From assembly GCA_965218975.1 (NCBI GenBank), contig OZ244717.1, positions 1,856,001-1,920,000 of the forward strand: a DNA stretch of 64,000 nt. Reading direction: 5' to 3'. Positions 21,301-33,251 of this stretch are shown here, one piece after another (within the stretch, counting starts at the first letter, position 1; the number at the start of each line of letters is the position of its first letter). The notes beneath the pieces are model-generated. The model saw nothing but the letters and a program-made list of their open reading frames with translations. It did not search any database and was not told the DNA's origin. The position numbers were made by a program, and so were the translations under genes. This DNA comes from Candidatus Oxydemutatoraceae bacterium (GTDB lineage Bacteria; Pseudomonadota; Gammaproteobacteria; Poriferisulfidales; Oxydemutatoraceae).

Positions 21301-21323
21301 TATTTCCTTATCGAGACAAACAA

Positions 21324-24300
21324 TCAGTTAGATATTCTAGCGTTTTCATGCAGTTCTTTCAAAGAATAAACTTCGTGTTCGCGGCATTGCAACGCCGCAA
21401 CAATCGCTTTTGCGCCGGCAATCGTCGTGGTGTAACAGACTTTGCGTTGCACCGCCTCGCGACGAATCATATACGAATCAATCACCGCTTGCCGCCCTTC
21501 GGTAGTGTTCACGATTAACGCAACTTGCCCGTCTTTAATTTTGTCGACAACATGCGGGCGTTGCTCGTCCTTGACTTTATGTACAACATCGCAGGTAATT
21601 CCGGCATCGCGCAAAATTGCAGCGGTGCCCGGTGTCGCAAGCAACTGAAAACCAAGCATCGATAGTTCTCGCGCAATCGTTACCCCGGCAGCTTTGTCGG
21701 CGTCACGGATGCTCAGCAGTGCAAAACCTTCGCTCGGAAGACGATTCCCTGCGGAATCCTGCGATTTGGCAAAAGCTTCACCGAAACTGTGCCCGACTCC
21801 CATTACTTCGCCGGTGGACTTCATCTCAGGACCCAATACCGGGTCAACGTCGGGAAACTTAACAAACGGAAAAACCGCTTCTTTGACAGTGTAATAATCG
21901 CGCGGACAACAAACGGGGATGTTTTGCCGCGCAAGACTGATTCCGATCATGCACCGTGCGGCAATCTTAGCCAACGGCAAGCCGATGGTCTTCGAAACAT
22001 AGGGAATAGTGCGCGATGCGCGCGGATTAACCTCCAGTACGTAAATATCGTCTCCTTGAATCGCCATTTGCGCATTCATCAAACCGACGACTTTTAGCCG
22101 GCGGGCAAGTTGTGTAATCTGCTCTTTTAGCTTATCTTGCACTGCATTGCCCAAAGAATATGGCGGTATGGAACATGCCGAATCACCCGAATGAATACCG
22201 GCTTGTTCGATGTGCTGCATAATTCCGCCGATTAAAACTTGCTCGCCGTCGCTTACCGCATCAATATCGATCTCAATCGCATCGCGTAGAAAATAATCGA
22301 TCAATACCGGCGAATCGCCGGCAGCGCTCATCGCCGCGCGCATATATGTCCTTAATTCGTCGCGGTTGTAAACGATCTCCATCGCCCGTCCGCCAAGCAC
22401 ATAAGAAGGACGCACAACCAACGGGTAGCCGATCCCTTCCGCTAAGCTCAGTGCCTCGTCAAGATTTTTAGCTGTCACATTCGGCGGCTGCTTCAAATCA
22501 AGCCGCTTGATCAGTTGTCGAAATTGCTCACGGTCTTCGGCGAGATTGATTGAATCGGGCGAGGTGCCGATAATCGGCACACCCGCATCCGCCAAACGGT
22601 TCGCCAACTTCAACGGGGTCTGCCCGCCGTATTGCACGACAACGCCCGTCGGCTTCTCAAGCAAAGCAATTTCCAGCACGTCCTCAAACGTCAATGCTTC
22701 AAAATACAAACGATCGGAAATATCATAATCGGTAGAAACCGTCTCCGGATTGCAATTCACCATAATGGTTTCATATCCTTCTTCACGCAATGCCAGCGCG
22801 GCATGCACACAACAGTAGTCAAACTCTATCCCTTGACCGATGCGATTCGGGCCTCCGCCCAACACCATAATCTTGTTTCTCTGCGTCGGTTTGGCCTCAC
22901 ATGCATCGTCGTAGCACGAGTAAAGGTAGGCGGTATTCGTATTAAATTCGGCGGCGCAAGTATCCACTCGCTTATACACCGGACGCACTCGCAGCGCATG
23001 GCGTCTTTCTCGAACGGCATCCTCGCTAACGCCCAACAAATATGCGATGCGGCTATCCGCAAAACCGCAACGTTTGCAATCGCGCATATTCGCCCGATCC
23101 ATCGCCTCCAATGTCGTCGCCCGTAACGCTTGTTCCATATTCAGCAGCTCGCGAATTTGCGCCAGAAACCACGGGTCGATTGCTGTCAAACGATACAGTT
23201 CTTCCACGGACCAACCCAAACGAAAACCATCGGCAACATACCACAACCTCTCTGAGTGTGTTTCGTCGAGACAACGGCGCACAATCTCATCGGCATGCGG
23301 CGCATCCCGCGCGATTTTCTCGTTCAGCCCGTCCATGCCGGTCTCTAAACCGCGGATAGCTTTTTGCAAAGATTCCTTAAAAGTGCGGCCGATCGCCATG
23401 ACTTCTCCAACCGATTTCATCTGCGTACCCAAGCTATTTTTAGTATTCGGGAATTTCTCAAATGTAAACCGCGGAATCTTCGTCACGACATAATCAATCG
23501 TCGGTTCAAACGATGCCGGCGTCTTGCCGCAAGTAATTTCGTTCGCCAGCTCATTCAAGGTATAACCGACTGCAAGCTTGGCGGCAATTTTTGCGATCGG
23601 AAACCCGGTCGCCTTGGATGCAAGCGCCGATGAACGCGATACCCGCGGGTTCATTTCGACAATAATGAGTCTGCCGTCGTCGGGATTGACTGCGAATTGC
23701 ACATTCGAACCGCCGGTATCAACCCCAATCTTACGCAAAACCTTCAGCGATGCATTGCGCATCATTTGGTATTCCTTATCGGTCAGCGTTTGCGCCGGCG
23801 CCACAGTAATCGAATCGCCGGTATGTACCCCCATCGGATCAAGGTTCTCTATCGAACAAATAATAATGCAGTTGTCTTCTCGATCGCGCACTACTTCCAT
23901 CTCGTATTCTTTCCAGCCGAGTAAGGATTCTTCAAGCAAAATTTCATTCGTCGGCGATAAATCCAAACCGCGCCGCGCAATGTCCTCAAATTCTTCTTGG
24001 TTATAAGCGATCCCGCCGCCGCTGCCGCCTAAAGTGAATGATGGCCGCACTATTAATGGAAAGCCTATATTTTTCTGCAATTCAAGAGCTTGGCTATCGC
24101 TGTGGGCAAGATAAGACTTTGCCGACTCCAAACCGATTTTGTCCATAGCGGTACGAAATCGTTCGCGATCTTCGGCGGTGTCAATCGCGTCTTGACTCGC
24201 GCCGATCATTTCAACATTGAATTCATCCAACACCTTTTCACGCACCAAATCAAGCGCGCAATTCAGCGCGGTTTGCCCGCCCATCGTAGGCAACAGCGCC

Positions 24301-24551
24301 TGCGGGTGTTCTTTCTCAATAACGCGCTTTAAGGTGCGCCACTCGATCGGCTCAATATAAACTACGTCGGCGCTGTCGGAGTCGGTCATAATCGTTGCCG
24401 GATTGGAATTAACCAAAATAACCCGATATCCTTCTTCACGCAGAGCGCGGCATGCTTGCATTCCGGAATAATCAAATTCACATGCTTGACCGATGACTAT
24501 CGGACCTGCGCCGATAATCAAAACACTCTTTATGTCCGTTCTTTTCGGCAT
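21324..24551 (-). CDS. carB: Carbamoyl-phosphate synthase large subunit
   Basis: [29 protein letters not shown]; two ATP-grasp halves. Confidence 0.99.
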   Translation of the reverse strand: MPKRTDIKSVLIIGAGPIVIGQACEFDYSGMQACRALREEGYRVILVNSNPATIMTDSDSADVVYIEPIEWRTLKRVIEKEHPQALLPTMGGQTALNCALDLVREKVLDEFNVEMIGASQDAIDTAEDRERFRTAMDKIGLESAKSYLAHSDSQALELQKNIGFPLIVRPSFTLGGSGGGIAYNQEEFEDIARRGLDLSPTNEILLEESLLGWKEYEMEVVRDREDNCIIICSIENLDPMGVHTGDSITVAPAQTLTDKEYQMMRNASLKVLRKIGVDTGGSNVQFAVNPDDGRLIIVEMNPRVSRSSALASKATGFPIAKIAAKLAVGYTLNELANEITCGKTPASFEPTIDYVVTKIPRFTFEKFPNTKNSLGTQMKSVGEVMAIGRTFKESLQKAIRGLETGMDGLNEKIARDAPHADEIVRRCLDETHSERLWYVADGFRLGWSVEELYRLTAIDPWFLAQIRELLNMEQALRATTLEAMDRANMRDCKRCGFADSRIAYLLGVSEDAVRERRHALRVRPVYKRVDTCAAEFNTNTAYLYSCYDDACEAKPTQRNKIMVLGGGPNRIGQGIEFDYCCVHAALALREEGYETIMVNCNPETVSTDYDISDRLYFEALTFEDVLEIALLEKPTGVVVQYGGQTPLKLANRLADAGVPIIGTSPDSINLAEDREQFRQLIKRLDLKQPPNVTAKNLDEALSLAEGIGYPLVVRPSYVLGGRAMEIVYNRDELRTYMRAAMSAAGDSPVLIDYFLRDAIEIDIDAVSDGEQVLIGGIMQHIEQAGIHSGDSACSIPPYSLGNAVQDKLKEQITQLARRLKVVGLMNAQMAIQGDDIYVLEVNPRASRTIPYVSKTIGLPLAKIAARCMIGISLARQNIPVCCPRDYYTVKEAVFPFVKFPDVDPVLGPEMKSTGEVMGVGHSFGEAFAKSQDSAGNRLPSEGFALLSIRDADKAAGVTIARELSMLGFQLLATPGTAAILRDAGITCDVVHKVKDEQRPHVVDKIKDGQVALIVNTTEGRQAVIDSYMIRREAVQRKVCYTTTIAGAKAIVAALQCREHEVYSLKELHENARISN

Positions 24552-24553
24552 CG

Positions 24554-25663
24554 TTATTCCATCATCCGAACAAATTGCGCGAACAGACCGTGAATGTCGT
24601 GCGGCCCGGGACTTGCTTCGGGATGTCCTTGAAAACCGAACGCCGGTTTTTCACAATGCGCGATACCCTGCAATGTGCCGTCAAACAAAGACCGATGCGT
24701 TACGCGCAGATTTTCTTTCAGACTGTTTTCGTCAATGCAAAATCCGTGATTTTGACTGGTAATCATCACACGCTTGGTCATCAGATCAATGACCGGATGA
24801 TTGGCGCCATGATGACCGAATTTCATTTTGCTTGTCTTTGCGCCGCAGGCAAGTCCTAACAATTGATGCCCGAGACAAATGCCGAAAATCGGCACTTCGG
24901 CAATCAGCAATTGTCGAATCGCATCAATCGCATACCGGCAAGGTTCGGGATCCCCCGGTCCGTTGGACAAAAAAACCCCGTCGGGCTCATAGCTCAGCAC
25001 TGCGGCAGCGGTTGTTTGCGCCGGAACTACCGTTACTTTGCACCCGGCGCCGACCAAATGACGCAAAATGTTGCGCTTGATTCCAAAGTCATACGCGACA
25101 ACCGAATATTGTGCCGGCGGCTTGCTTGAACGCCATACTTCTCGCTCCCAAACATACGGTTCTTGCACACTAACTTTTGCCGCAAGGTCAAGACCTTTCA
25201 AGCCGGCAAAATCTGCCAATTCACGCTTGGCTTGCGCCATATCGACATCGGATGAGAACAGCACGGCGCTTTGAGCACCGTGGTCGCGCAGGTGGCGTGT
25301 TAGCCAGCGGGTGTCAACATCCGCTATCGCAACGGCATCGTAACGCACCAAATAATCGTTGAGCGAATATTGGCTGCGCCAGTTGCTCGGCTGCGCCGGC
25401 ATATCACGCACCACCAAACCGGACGCATACACTCGCCGTGATTCATTGTCTTCATCATTAGCACCGGTATTGCCGATATGGGGATACGTTAGAGTTACGA
25501 TCTGACAGGCATAAGAGGGATCGGTCAAAATTTCTTGGTATCCGGTCATTGCCGTATTAAAAACCACTTCGCCGACGCTGCAACCATGCGCTCCCATCAA
25601 GTTTCCGCGGAAAACCGTTCCGTCTTCCAAGAGTAACGTAGCAGTTTGCTTCATCTCACTCAA
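24554..25663 (-). CDS. carA: Carbamoyl-phosphate synthase small subunit
   Basis: [32 protein letters not shown]. Confidence 0.98.
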   Translation of the reverse strand: MSEMKQTATLLLEDGTVFRGNLMGAHGCSVGEVVFNTAMTGYQEILTDPSYACQIVTLTYPHIGNTGANDEDNESRRVYASGLVVRDMPAQPSNWRSQYSLNDYLVRYDAVAIADVDTRWLTRHLRDHGAQSAVLFSSDVDMAQAKRELADFAGLKGLDLAAKVSVQEPYVWEREVWRSSKPPAQYSVVAYDFGIKRNILRHLVGAGCKVTVVPAQTTAAAVLSYEPDGVFLSNGPGDPEPCRYAIDAIRQLLIAEVPIFGICLGHQLLGLACGAKTSKMKFGHHGANHPVIDLMTKRVMITSQNHGFCIDENSLKENLRVTHRSLFDGTLQGIAHCEKPAFGFQGHPEASPGPHDIHGLFAQFVRMME

Positions 25664-25936
25664 ATATATTTCTTGAGAAGCGGCGAGAAACGCCGTTCAG
25701 CCAAACGGCAATCATACCAAAAATACAAAGCTTCCGTTAATAATATCCGCAGCTATCACCGTAATCTTCTCTATCGACGAATCCGTAAGAGGAGAGGCCA
25801 AAAAGCACCTCAGCGCCTGCGGAATCGGCTATACTTATGGCATCATGAGCGCTTTCGCATCCTTTATCCATACTATAATACTTCCAATCCCCTGAAGCGC
25901 TCGGGGTCGGGACAAAAGAAACTTTCGAGCTTGTAA

Positions 25937-26278
25937 TTGTCTGAAACCGTTTTTAGCAAAATTATCCGCCGTGAATTGCCCGCGGATATCGTCTACGAGG
26001 ACCACTTGTGTCTCGCGTTTAGAGATATCAATCCTCGCGCGCCGACGCATATTTTGATTATTCCTAAAAAGCCGATCAGGAAAATGGTCGATGCCGCTAG
26101 CGAAGATAAGGAGCTACTCGGACACCTGTTGCTCAAAGCCGGAGACATCGCCCGTCAGCTCGGTTGCGAAAACGCATTTCGCTTGGTCTGCAACAACGGA
26201 TCGGATGCCGGGCAGGAAGTGTTTCATTTACACTTGCACTTACTTGCCGGCAGAACGTTTACTTGGCCACCGGGCTAA
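25937..26278 (+). CDS. hinT: HIT family nucleotide-binding protein
   Basis: AFRDINPRAPTHILIIP, GQEVFHLHLHLL. Confidence 0.92.
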   Translation: MSETVFSKIIRRELPADIVYEDHLCLAFRDINPRAPTHILIIPKKPIRKMVDAASEDKELLGHLLLKAGDIARQLGCENAFRLVCNNGSDAGQEVFHLHLHLLAGRTFTWPPG

Positions 26279-26296
26279 GCGAAACGAAATCATATT

Positions 26297-27133
26297 TCAC
26301 ATACATAATTTATCGCCGAGCATCTCGCCCGCAAGCAATGCCGGGTCTAGCCGCGCATTCAGCCAATTAATCCGCCAATCAAGATGCGCGCCGGTGGAAC
26401 GTCCGGTAGAACCGACTTTTGCGATCGCATCTCCTTGCTTGAAAGCATCTCCCTCAGCAACCAGCATCTCGGACAAATGCAATAATGTCGAAGAAATACC
26501 ATAGCCATGAACCAGTACCATCGTCATCCCGGTAAAATACATGTCGGGGCGCGCAAGCGTCACAACTCCGTCTGCCGGCGCTCGCACGACAGTTCCCGTC
26601 GGGCATGCGATGTCCACTCCAAAATGCGGTTGCCGCGGCGCACCGTTTAAAATACGCCGGCTTCCATAAACGCCGGTAATCGTTCCATGCACCGGCCAAA
26701 TAAACCGCAGCGGTATTCCGTCCGGGAACGAACGCCGCATGCGCGCTTGGCGAATCAACTTTGCTTCTTCACGAATACGTTCCGACACTCCCGCCGGAGG
26801 CGTAACCATTTGCGGCGGCAAACCATCCACTCGTTGCATCGTATATTCGCGCCGACGCACTTCTAAAATACGCCGTGTCGTATCTTGTCCTCTACTCACC
26901 CGCAATATCGCTTGCGCCGGCGCATCGCGACCAAAACCAAAAACGAATCGGCCGTTCCGCGATAGAGTCAATCGTTCGCCATTCAAAAATACCTTTGCAT
27001 CGGGACGAGTCGCGCCATGCGCTAATCCGCCTTGTATCAATTCGCCATATAGCTGCATCTCTATCGCTTGAGCATAAGCGGTAATCGACAGCAATATGTT
27101 GAACATCAAACTTAAAAAAACGCGATGATACAT
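26297..27133 (-). CDS. M23 family metallopeptidase, exported
   Basis: HFGVD, HLS, STGAHLDW motifs; signal-peptide-like N-terminus from ATG 27133. Confidence 0.88.
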   Translation of the reverse strand: MYHRVFLSLMFNILLSITAYAQAIEMQLYGELIQGGLAHGATRPDAKVFLNGERLTLSRNGRFVFGFGRDAPAQAILRVSRGQDTTRRILEVRRREYTMQRVDGLPPQMVTPPAGVSERIREEAKLIRQARMRRSFPDGIPLRFIWPVHGTITGVYGSRRILNGAPRQPHFGVDIACPTGTVVRAPADGVVTLARPDMYFTGMTMVLVHGYGISSTLLHLSEMLVAEGDAFKQGDAIAKVGSTGRSTGAHLDWRINWLNARLDPALLAGEMLGDKLCM

Positions 27134-27361
27134 CTTTATATACCGCATACTCCCATTCTTTGCTTGAGAAAAAATTCCATTATAAACATCAATACGACCG
27201 TCACTACAGTGGTCGAGTCGCCGGTAAGATTGCAGTCGACGCAACTTCGATTCCGGCAGATAGGAATGCTTCTGTATAATGGCATATTCATAATGGCGCT
27301 CCCGGCACCGCCCGACAAAATCCGGCGCTAAAGCAAGCAAATATTCAGGGCATATACTTCC

Positions 27362-28246
27362 ATGTCAAAAGCAATTAAACAATCTTTACAAAACTTGTGC
27401 CGAGATTTCAGTATGGAAGTGACACCTGCCGATTTACCTGACTTGTCGGACTTGAAACGCATTGTTGCCGCGACACAATATCCGAAGATTCGCTTGTTTA
27501 TTTCCCATTTAAGCAACGACAGCATTGAACGAACCTTGGCGATTGCCGAGTCTGCCGCTACTGAAAACTTACAGCCCGTCCCCCATATCGTCGCGCGGCG
27601 TTATAAAAATATCGCTCAGATAACCCAGACCCTGTATCAGTTTCATGCCTGCGCCGACATTCGCGAAATACTCATTTTAGGAGGCGATGCGCCGATACCT
27701 GCCGGAAAAATCCATAGCAGTTTGGATTTACTGCGTTCCGACGCTTTCCGATTCACTCTATTTGAGATCGGTATACGACGCTTGTGGTTTGGAATCCATC
27801 CTGAGGGGCACCCTACGATCAACTCTGCCGCATTGCAATCCGCTTTGGAGGAAAAGTGCGCTTATTCGGCAAAAACTAAACTGCCGGTGCGGTTTATCAC
27901 TCAAATGACGTTTACCGCGAAGCCATTACTGCATTGGTTAAACACACTCCCCTCTACGATGCCGCATATCCATCCGAGCGTCTTTGCCGACGGACAATAC
28001 GCTAGCCTCGCACGGCTGGCACGCTTGACGCAAACGCCTTCCGCTCGACAATTTCTGCAAAACACCGTGGGTTCGACTGTTTCTTACCATCCGCAATTGT
28101 ACCGCATCGCCACAGTTGAACGGTCACTCGGTGGTTTGCATTTTCTATCGCTCGGAAAATTTGCCGAGACACTGGAGTTTGCAGTCCGATTGCGACAAGG
28201 AAAATTCCGCATTGACGATCAAAACTTGTATATAATGACCGCCTAA
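27362..28246 (+). CDS. Divergent methylenetetrahydrofolate reductase-like flavoprotein
   Basis: SMEVTP, PVPHIVARR, LILGGD, HPEGHP, ITQMTF motifs of MetF-like barrels. Confidence 0.75.
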   Translation: MSKAIKQSLQNLCRDFSMEVTPADLPDLSDLKRIVAATQYPKIRLFISHLSNDSIERTLAIAESAATENLQPVPHIVARRYKNIAQITQTLYQFHACADIREILILGGDAPIPAGKIHSSLDLLRSDAFRFTLFEIGIRRLWFGIHPEGHPTINSAALQSALEEKCAYSAKTKLPVRFITQMTFTAKPLLHWLNTLPSTMPHIHPSVFADGQYASLARLARLTQTPSARQFLQNTVGSTVSYHPQLYRIATVERSLGGLHFLSLGKFAETLEFAVRLRQGKFRIDDQNLYIMTA

Positions 28247-28292
28247 ATACATTTTCAAACAATCCGCAATTCAAACAATCAAAGCGAAATTC

Positions 28293-29594
28293 ATGGGGCA
28301 ATCAAGTCATTCTCAACAAGGATTCGGCACGCGCACGGTGCATGCCGGCGCCGCGCCTGATCCGTCAACCGGCGCGCGCATCACTCCGATATATCAATCA
28401 ACCGCGTATGTTTTCAAGAACATTCAACACGCCGCGGCATTGTTCGATTTGCAAGAAGAAGGCTATATCTATTCGCGCCTCACTAACCCGACGGTTGATG
28501 TGCTGCAAAAACGCATTACCGACTTGGAAGAGGGGCTTGCCGCAGTCTGTAGCGCATCCGGACATTCGGCGCAACTGCTGGCATTATTCGGATTGATGCA
28601 GGCAGGCGATGAATTTATCGCGTCAAAAAAACTGTACGGCGGCTCCATCACGCAATTCGGGCATTCTTTTAAGCGTCTGGGCTGGAACGTAACTTTTGCC
28701 GACCCCGACAATCTAAGTGACTTCAAATCCGCCATCACCGACAAAACGCGTCTGCTGTTTATAGAAAGTATTGCCAACCCGAGCGGAATTATCTGCGACA
28801 TTGAAAAAATTGCGCAGATTGCACACGACGCTTCTCTCCCGCTATTGGTTGACAATACAATGGCAACACCGGCATTAATCCGTCCGATTCAATACGGCGC
28901 CGATATCGTCTTGCACTCAACCACAAAATATTTATCCGGACACGGCAACGCAATGGGCGGCGTCGTTATCGATAGCGGCAAGTTTGATTGGAAAAAAAGC
29001 GGTAAATTTCCGGCGCTGACAGAGCCTTGCACCGCATATCACGGTACGAATTTCTATGAAACTTTCGGCGCGATCGCTTATGCGGTTTACACTCTTGCGG
29101 TTAGCTTGCGCGACTTGGGGCCATCCATGTCGCCACTGAATGCTTATTTAACAATTACCGGCATTGAAACGCTCGCGCTGCGAATGAAAAAGCACTGCGA
29201 GAATGCGCTTGAAGTGGCGCAGTGGTTGGAACGAAACCCATTGGTTGATTGGGTATCTTATGCGGGATTACCGTCCAGCCCTTATTACCGTTCGGCGCAA
29301 AAATATTGCCCGCAAGGCGCGGGATCGGTATTTACTTTTGGCTTAAAAAACGGTTATGAGGCCGGAGTAAAAACCGTAGAGAATTGCAAGCTATTTTCTC
29401 ATCTTGCCAACATTGGAGATACACGTTCGCTGATTACTCATCCGGCGTCAACCACTCACCGGCAACTAAGCGACAAACAAAAAATCGCGGCAAATGCGGG
29501 GCCTGAAGTCGTACGCATTTCGGTCGGTATTGAAGATGCCGCCGATATTATTGCGGACTTGGATCAAGCGCTGCGCGCCGCCACGCAATCATAA
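28293..29594 (+). CDS. metY: O-acetylhomoserine aminocarboxypropyltransferase (sulfhydrylase)
   Basis: PIYQSTAY, YSRLTNPT, HSTTKYLSGHG (PLP Lys), HLANIGD.RSL..HPASTTH. Confidence 0.92.
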   Translation: MGQSSHSQQGFGTRTVHAGAAPDPSTGARITPIYQSTAYVFKNIQHAAALFDLQEEGYIYSRLTNPTVDVLQKRITDLEEGLAAVCSASGHSAQLLALFGLMQAGDEFIASKKLYGGSITQFGHSFKRLGWNVTFADPDNLSDFKSAITDKTRLLFIESIANPSGIICDIEKIAQIAHDASLPLLVDNTMATPALIRPIQYGADIVLHSTTKYLSGHGNAMGGVVIDSGKFDWKKSGKFPALTEPCTAYHGTNFYETFGAIAYAVYTLAVSLRDLGPSMSPLNAYLTITGIETLALRMKKHCENALEVAQWLERNPLVDWVSYAGLPSSPYYRSAQKYCPQGAGSVFTFGLKNGYEAGVKTVENCKLFSHLANIGDTRSLITHPASTTHRQLSDKQKIAANAGPEVVRISVGIEDAADIIADLDQALRAATQS

Positions 29595-30362
29595 CAATAT
29601 ATGATGCCTCCCGGCCGTTGAAATAAAAGTTACTTCGACTTGAAATATTTGACGCAAATTGTCCGCAGTCATCACTTCGGCGGTAGACCCGGAGCAATAA
29701 ACGCTTCCCGACCGCATCAAAACGACACGGTCGGCATGATGCAACGCAATATTGAGATCGTGTGTGACCAAGGCAATGCCCGCACCCTGTCCGACGCTGT
29801 CGTGCATATACCGCAATAGCTGATTCCGGTGAACGATATCCAGAGCGGTCAAAGGTTCGTCCAATAAAACGTAAACCGGATTATCCATCAGTCCCAACAT
29901 TGCCTGCAAAAAAATCCGTGCTAACTGAGTGCGCTGCCGTTCGCCGCCCGACAACGACGCATATCCTCGTTCACGTAAGGCGATCATTTCAAACCGCGCC
30001 AATATTTCACCCGTCATCATCCGTATTTGTTCGGGCAACACCTTAGCTCGATGCGGCACAGCGCCAAGTGCGACAACTTCCTCAACGGAAAAATTAAATG
30101 CTAGCATGTTTGACTGCGTCAGCATACTGCGTCGCCGAGCAATTTCGTCCCACGGCCACTCGCCCAGAGGGCGGTCTTCAAGAAACACTTGCCCGCCATG
30201 CGACTTAGGACAACCCGCTAGAACATTCAGCAATGTTGACTTTCCCGCACCATTCGCTCCCACTAGCGCAACAATTTCACCGGGATTAAGCAGAAAATCC
30301 ACTGCGCTTAACAAGCGGCAATCGCCGATCCGATAAGTTAATGCTTGCGCCGATAGAGACAT
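29589..30362 (-). CDS. hmuV: Heme/iron-complex ABC transporter ATPase, HmuV-like
   Basis: GANGAGKST, LSGGERQR, LLDEPLTALD, VTHDLN. Confidence 0.75.
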   Translation of the reverse strand: MSLSAQALTYRIGDCRLLSAVDFLLNPGEIVALVGANGAGKSTLLNVLAGCPKSHGGQVFLEDRPLGEWPWDEIARRRSMLTQSNMLAFNFSVEEVVALGAVPHRAKVLPEQIRMMTGEILARFEMIALRERGYASLSGGERQRTQLARIFLQAMLGLMDNPVYVLLDEPLTALDIVHRNQLLRYMHDSVGQGAGIALVTHDLNIALHHADRVVLMRSGSVYCSGSTAEVMTADNLRQIFQVEVTFISTAGRHHILL

Positions 30363-30630
30363 GGGTTATTTAATGTGACTTAAAAGAGAAATATTGCTTA
30401 TTTCGGAAAGCGTTTATAGCGGTTAAAAGCTGCGTTGAAACTTCATTTTGCCGCGTCTCTTTTCGGATTATTAAAATTTGCCGTTGCAAAACGCTTAGAT
30501 TTACAAGCACACTTCCCCAAGATTAAAACATTGATCACGGCCGCCGCGGTTCCGGTCGGCTTTTATATTTTGTCCCTCTTCCCACAAAAATACACATCGG
30601 TCGGGATAACGAAGGAAATCAATTGTATAG

Positions 30631-31659
30631 TCAAACCCTGCCATAGGAAAAATTCCTTATCAAAAAGAGAAACAACGGCGCCCCAATCAATGCGGTAATG
30701 ACGCTAATCGGCAATTCGACAGGCGACATCGCCGTACGACTGACCAAATCGGCGATAAGCATAATCAACGCTCCGAGCAGCATAGATGCCGGTAATAATA
30801 ATTTATGGTTCGCGCCGACGGTAATACGTACCAAATGCGGTGCGATCAACCCGACAAAAGCGATCATTCCGACTACCGCAACCGACGCGCCGACACACAT
30901 AGAAACGGCAACGATCAACATTAATTTCAAACGCTCGACTCGGACACCGAGATACATTGCGTTGCGCTCACCCAAAGCAAACGTATTTAACGGATACCAC
31001 ACGGCAAAAATAGCGATCAAACTCGGAATAACAAGCACGCTAAGCACTCCGACCTGAATCCAAGAAGCATCGCTTAAACTGCCCAGCATCCAGAAAGTAA
31101 AACTGCGTAACTCCGTGTTATCGGCAATCACGGTGAAGAATCCGATCACCGCTGCGGCAAGTGCGTTGAATGCGATTCCGGCAAGCACTAATGTAATTCT
31201 ATCGGTGTGGCCGCCATAATAAGACAAGAGATAAACCACACTTGCAACCAGCAAACTTCCGATAAATGAAGCGACCGGCAACGACGACAGTTGCGTCGCA
31301 TACAGTCTATCCAGACCAAGCACGATGACAACGATTGCCGCACTCGCAGCACCCGCGGATACACCCGTCAACATCGGGTCTGCTAAGGGATTGCGAAACA
31401 AACCTTGCATTGCCGCACCGCCACCGGCAAGCGATGCCCCAACTAGAATCGCAAGCGTTAGCCTTGACAAGCGCAAGTCCAGCAGAATGATTCGGTTGAC
31501 CGCGTCCGCAGGTTCGCTCACCGTGCGATCAAATACGCCTAAAATAATGTGTAATAATTCTGCTGGCGTATATACGACCGTGCCTAGACATAAAGCGAGC
31601 AAAAAGCAGGCAATAACCAGCAGACCGAGTATTGATAAAGCGCCGCTATGCGAGAACAC
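30631..31659 (-). CDS. hmuU: FecCD-family ABC permease, HmuU-like
   Basis: MQGLFRNPLADP, FWMLGSL, IAFVGLIAPHL. Confidence 0.78.
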   Translation of the reverse strand: MFSHSGALSILGLLVIACFLLALCLGTVVYTPAELLHIILGVFDRTVSEPADAVNRIILLDLRLSRLTLAILVGASLAGGGAAMQGLFRNPLADPMLTGVSAGAASAAIVVIVLGLDRLYATQLSSLPVASFIGSLLVASVVYLLSYYGGHTDRITLVLAGIAFNALAAAVIGFFTVIADNTELRSFTFWMLGSLSDASWIQVGVLSVLVIPSLIAIFAVWYPLNTFALGERNAMYLGVRVERLKLMLIVAVSMCVGASVAVVGMIAFVGLIAPHLVRITVGANHKLLLPASMLLGALIMLIADLVSRTAMSPVELPISVITALIGAPLFLFLIRNFSYGRV

Positions 31660-31758
31660 GCAAATAAATTAGCGGATGAGACACCGCATCACAGAAAAAT
31701 ACTAAAACTACCGCGCTTTGAAAAGTGCTAACATTTCGGCAGAATGTCGCAACCGCGT

Positions 31759-32079
31759 CTAACGCAAAGCGCCCTGATCAAAATCCACTTTGACGACGAC
31801 ATCGGTTTTTAGGCGCGTCTGACAGGCAAGAATCATTCCGCTTTTTAATTGTTCATTGTCCAGCACATAAGAGAAGTCGCTCAGCGGCTTAATTTTCCCC
31901 TCTTTTAAATAACAACGGCAGGTTCCGCAACTTCCGACACGACAGTCATGCGGCCATTTGATACCGGCATTTAATGCCGCTTGCAGTAAGTTAATGCTGC
32001 CGGGGACTTCAAATGTTTGACCGGTCGAAGCAATCGTTGCTTTGAACGTCGTTGGGGTTTTCTTAAAAAGTCCGAACAT
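31759..32079 (-). CDS. Stand-alone plant-type 2Fe-2S ferredoxin
   Basis: CRVGSCGTC...LACQ. Confidence 0.9.
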   Translation of the reverse strand: MFGLFKKTPTTFKATIASTGQTFEVPGSINLLQAALNAGIKWPHDCRVGSCGTCRCYLKEGKIKPLSDFSYVLDNEQLKSGMILACQTRLKTDVVVKVDFDQGALR

Positions 32080-32109
32080 GATTAATCCTCGTTGTTGATT
32101 TCCAATGAA

Positions 32110-33192
32110 TTATTCGACAAGCAAACCATCCGCTTCGGGAAGATTGCCGACAGCGGTCAACAATTCGTAACTGATGGTATCACAGTGCACGGCAACTTCC
32201 CGCACCGGAACATGCGAACCCCACAATTCTACCGTATCACCGGTTTGAACATCAATATTATCTAAGGAGACGACAATCATATCCATTGACACGCGCCCTA
32301 GTAACCGTTGACGACTCCCGCACACCCAAACCGGAGTTTCATTGTTTGCATGACGCGGATAACCGTTTCCATAACCGATTGCGATAATACCCACTTGCAT
32401 GTCGGCAGAACAAATATACTTGGCACCGTAACCAATGCTGTCACCTTTGCGACACCGGCGCACCGTCAACACCGGAGCGAATACATGCATTGCGGGCATG
32501 AATTCTTCGTCATATCGCGAAGCGGATTCGGGCAACGCGCCGTATAACGCGATGCCTGCACGCACCCATTGATAACGAGACTGCGGCAAGTTAAGGCAAG
32601 CGGCGGAATTGGCCAAGCTAGCCTGCGACGAATATTCACTGCGCAAAGCTTCAAACAAATCCAATTGTTTTTGATTCATCGCCGCAGCTTCTTCGTCCGC
32701 ACAGGCGAAGTGCGACATTAAAACCGGCGGATACGCCAAATCATTTAGCCTCGATAAACGTCGCATGACATCCGGCGCATCGCATAGTGGAAAACCCAAA
32801 CGGTTCATACCCGTATCAAACTTCACCCACAGCCGTAACGAACAAACGGTAGAATGTTGCTCCAAGCATGCTAACTGTTCGGGAGAATAAACAACTAAAT
32901 CAATGCCGTGCTTGACCGCGATGTGCAAATCATTCGCATCATGCCACCCTTGCATCACAAGTATTTTATCGTCGATATTTGCGTCGCGTAATGCCATCGC
33001 TTCGGCAATGGTGGTAACGGCAAAGCCGTCCGCCGACGATAAACTGCGGGCAGTTTTGATAATCCCATGTCCGTAAGCATTGCATTTGACTACCGCCAGC
33101 ACCCGCGCCGGCGCACAAATTCTTTTCAACCGTTGGTAATTCGCCGCAATCGCATCCGTATCAATAAACTTTTCCACAACCCGTAAAGTCAT
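32110..33192 (-). CDS. alr: Alanine racemase
   Basis: AVVKCNAYGHG, KFDTGMNRLG, GRVSMD. Confidence 0.95.
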   Translation of the reverse strand: MTLRVVEKFIDTDAIAANYQRLKRICAPARVLAVVKCNAYGHGIIKTARSLSSADGFAVTTIAEAMALRDANIDDKILVMQGWHDANDLHIAVKHGIDLVVYSPEQLACLEQHSTVCSLRLWVKFDTGMNRLGFPLCDAPDVMRRLSRLNDLAYPPVLMSHFACADEEAAAMNQKQLDLFEALRSEYSSQASLANSAACLNLPQSRYQWVRAGIALYGALPESASRYDEEFMPAMHVFAPVLTVRRCRKGDSIGYGAKYICSADMQVGIIAIGYGNGYPRHANNETPVWVCGSRQRLLGRVSMDMIVVSLDNIDVQTGDTVELWGSHVPVREVAVHCDTISYELLTAVGNLPEADGLLVE

Positions 33193-33251
33193 AACCAATC
33201 AAGGGAATAAAAACTGCCGCGGAAACAACTCATACATGAAGCAGAAACGGT

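Noticed and set aside
25664-25936. Riboswitch or pyrimidine leader upstream of carA
   Set aside because: No recognisable aptamer consensus or terminator; an Rfam scan would be needed
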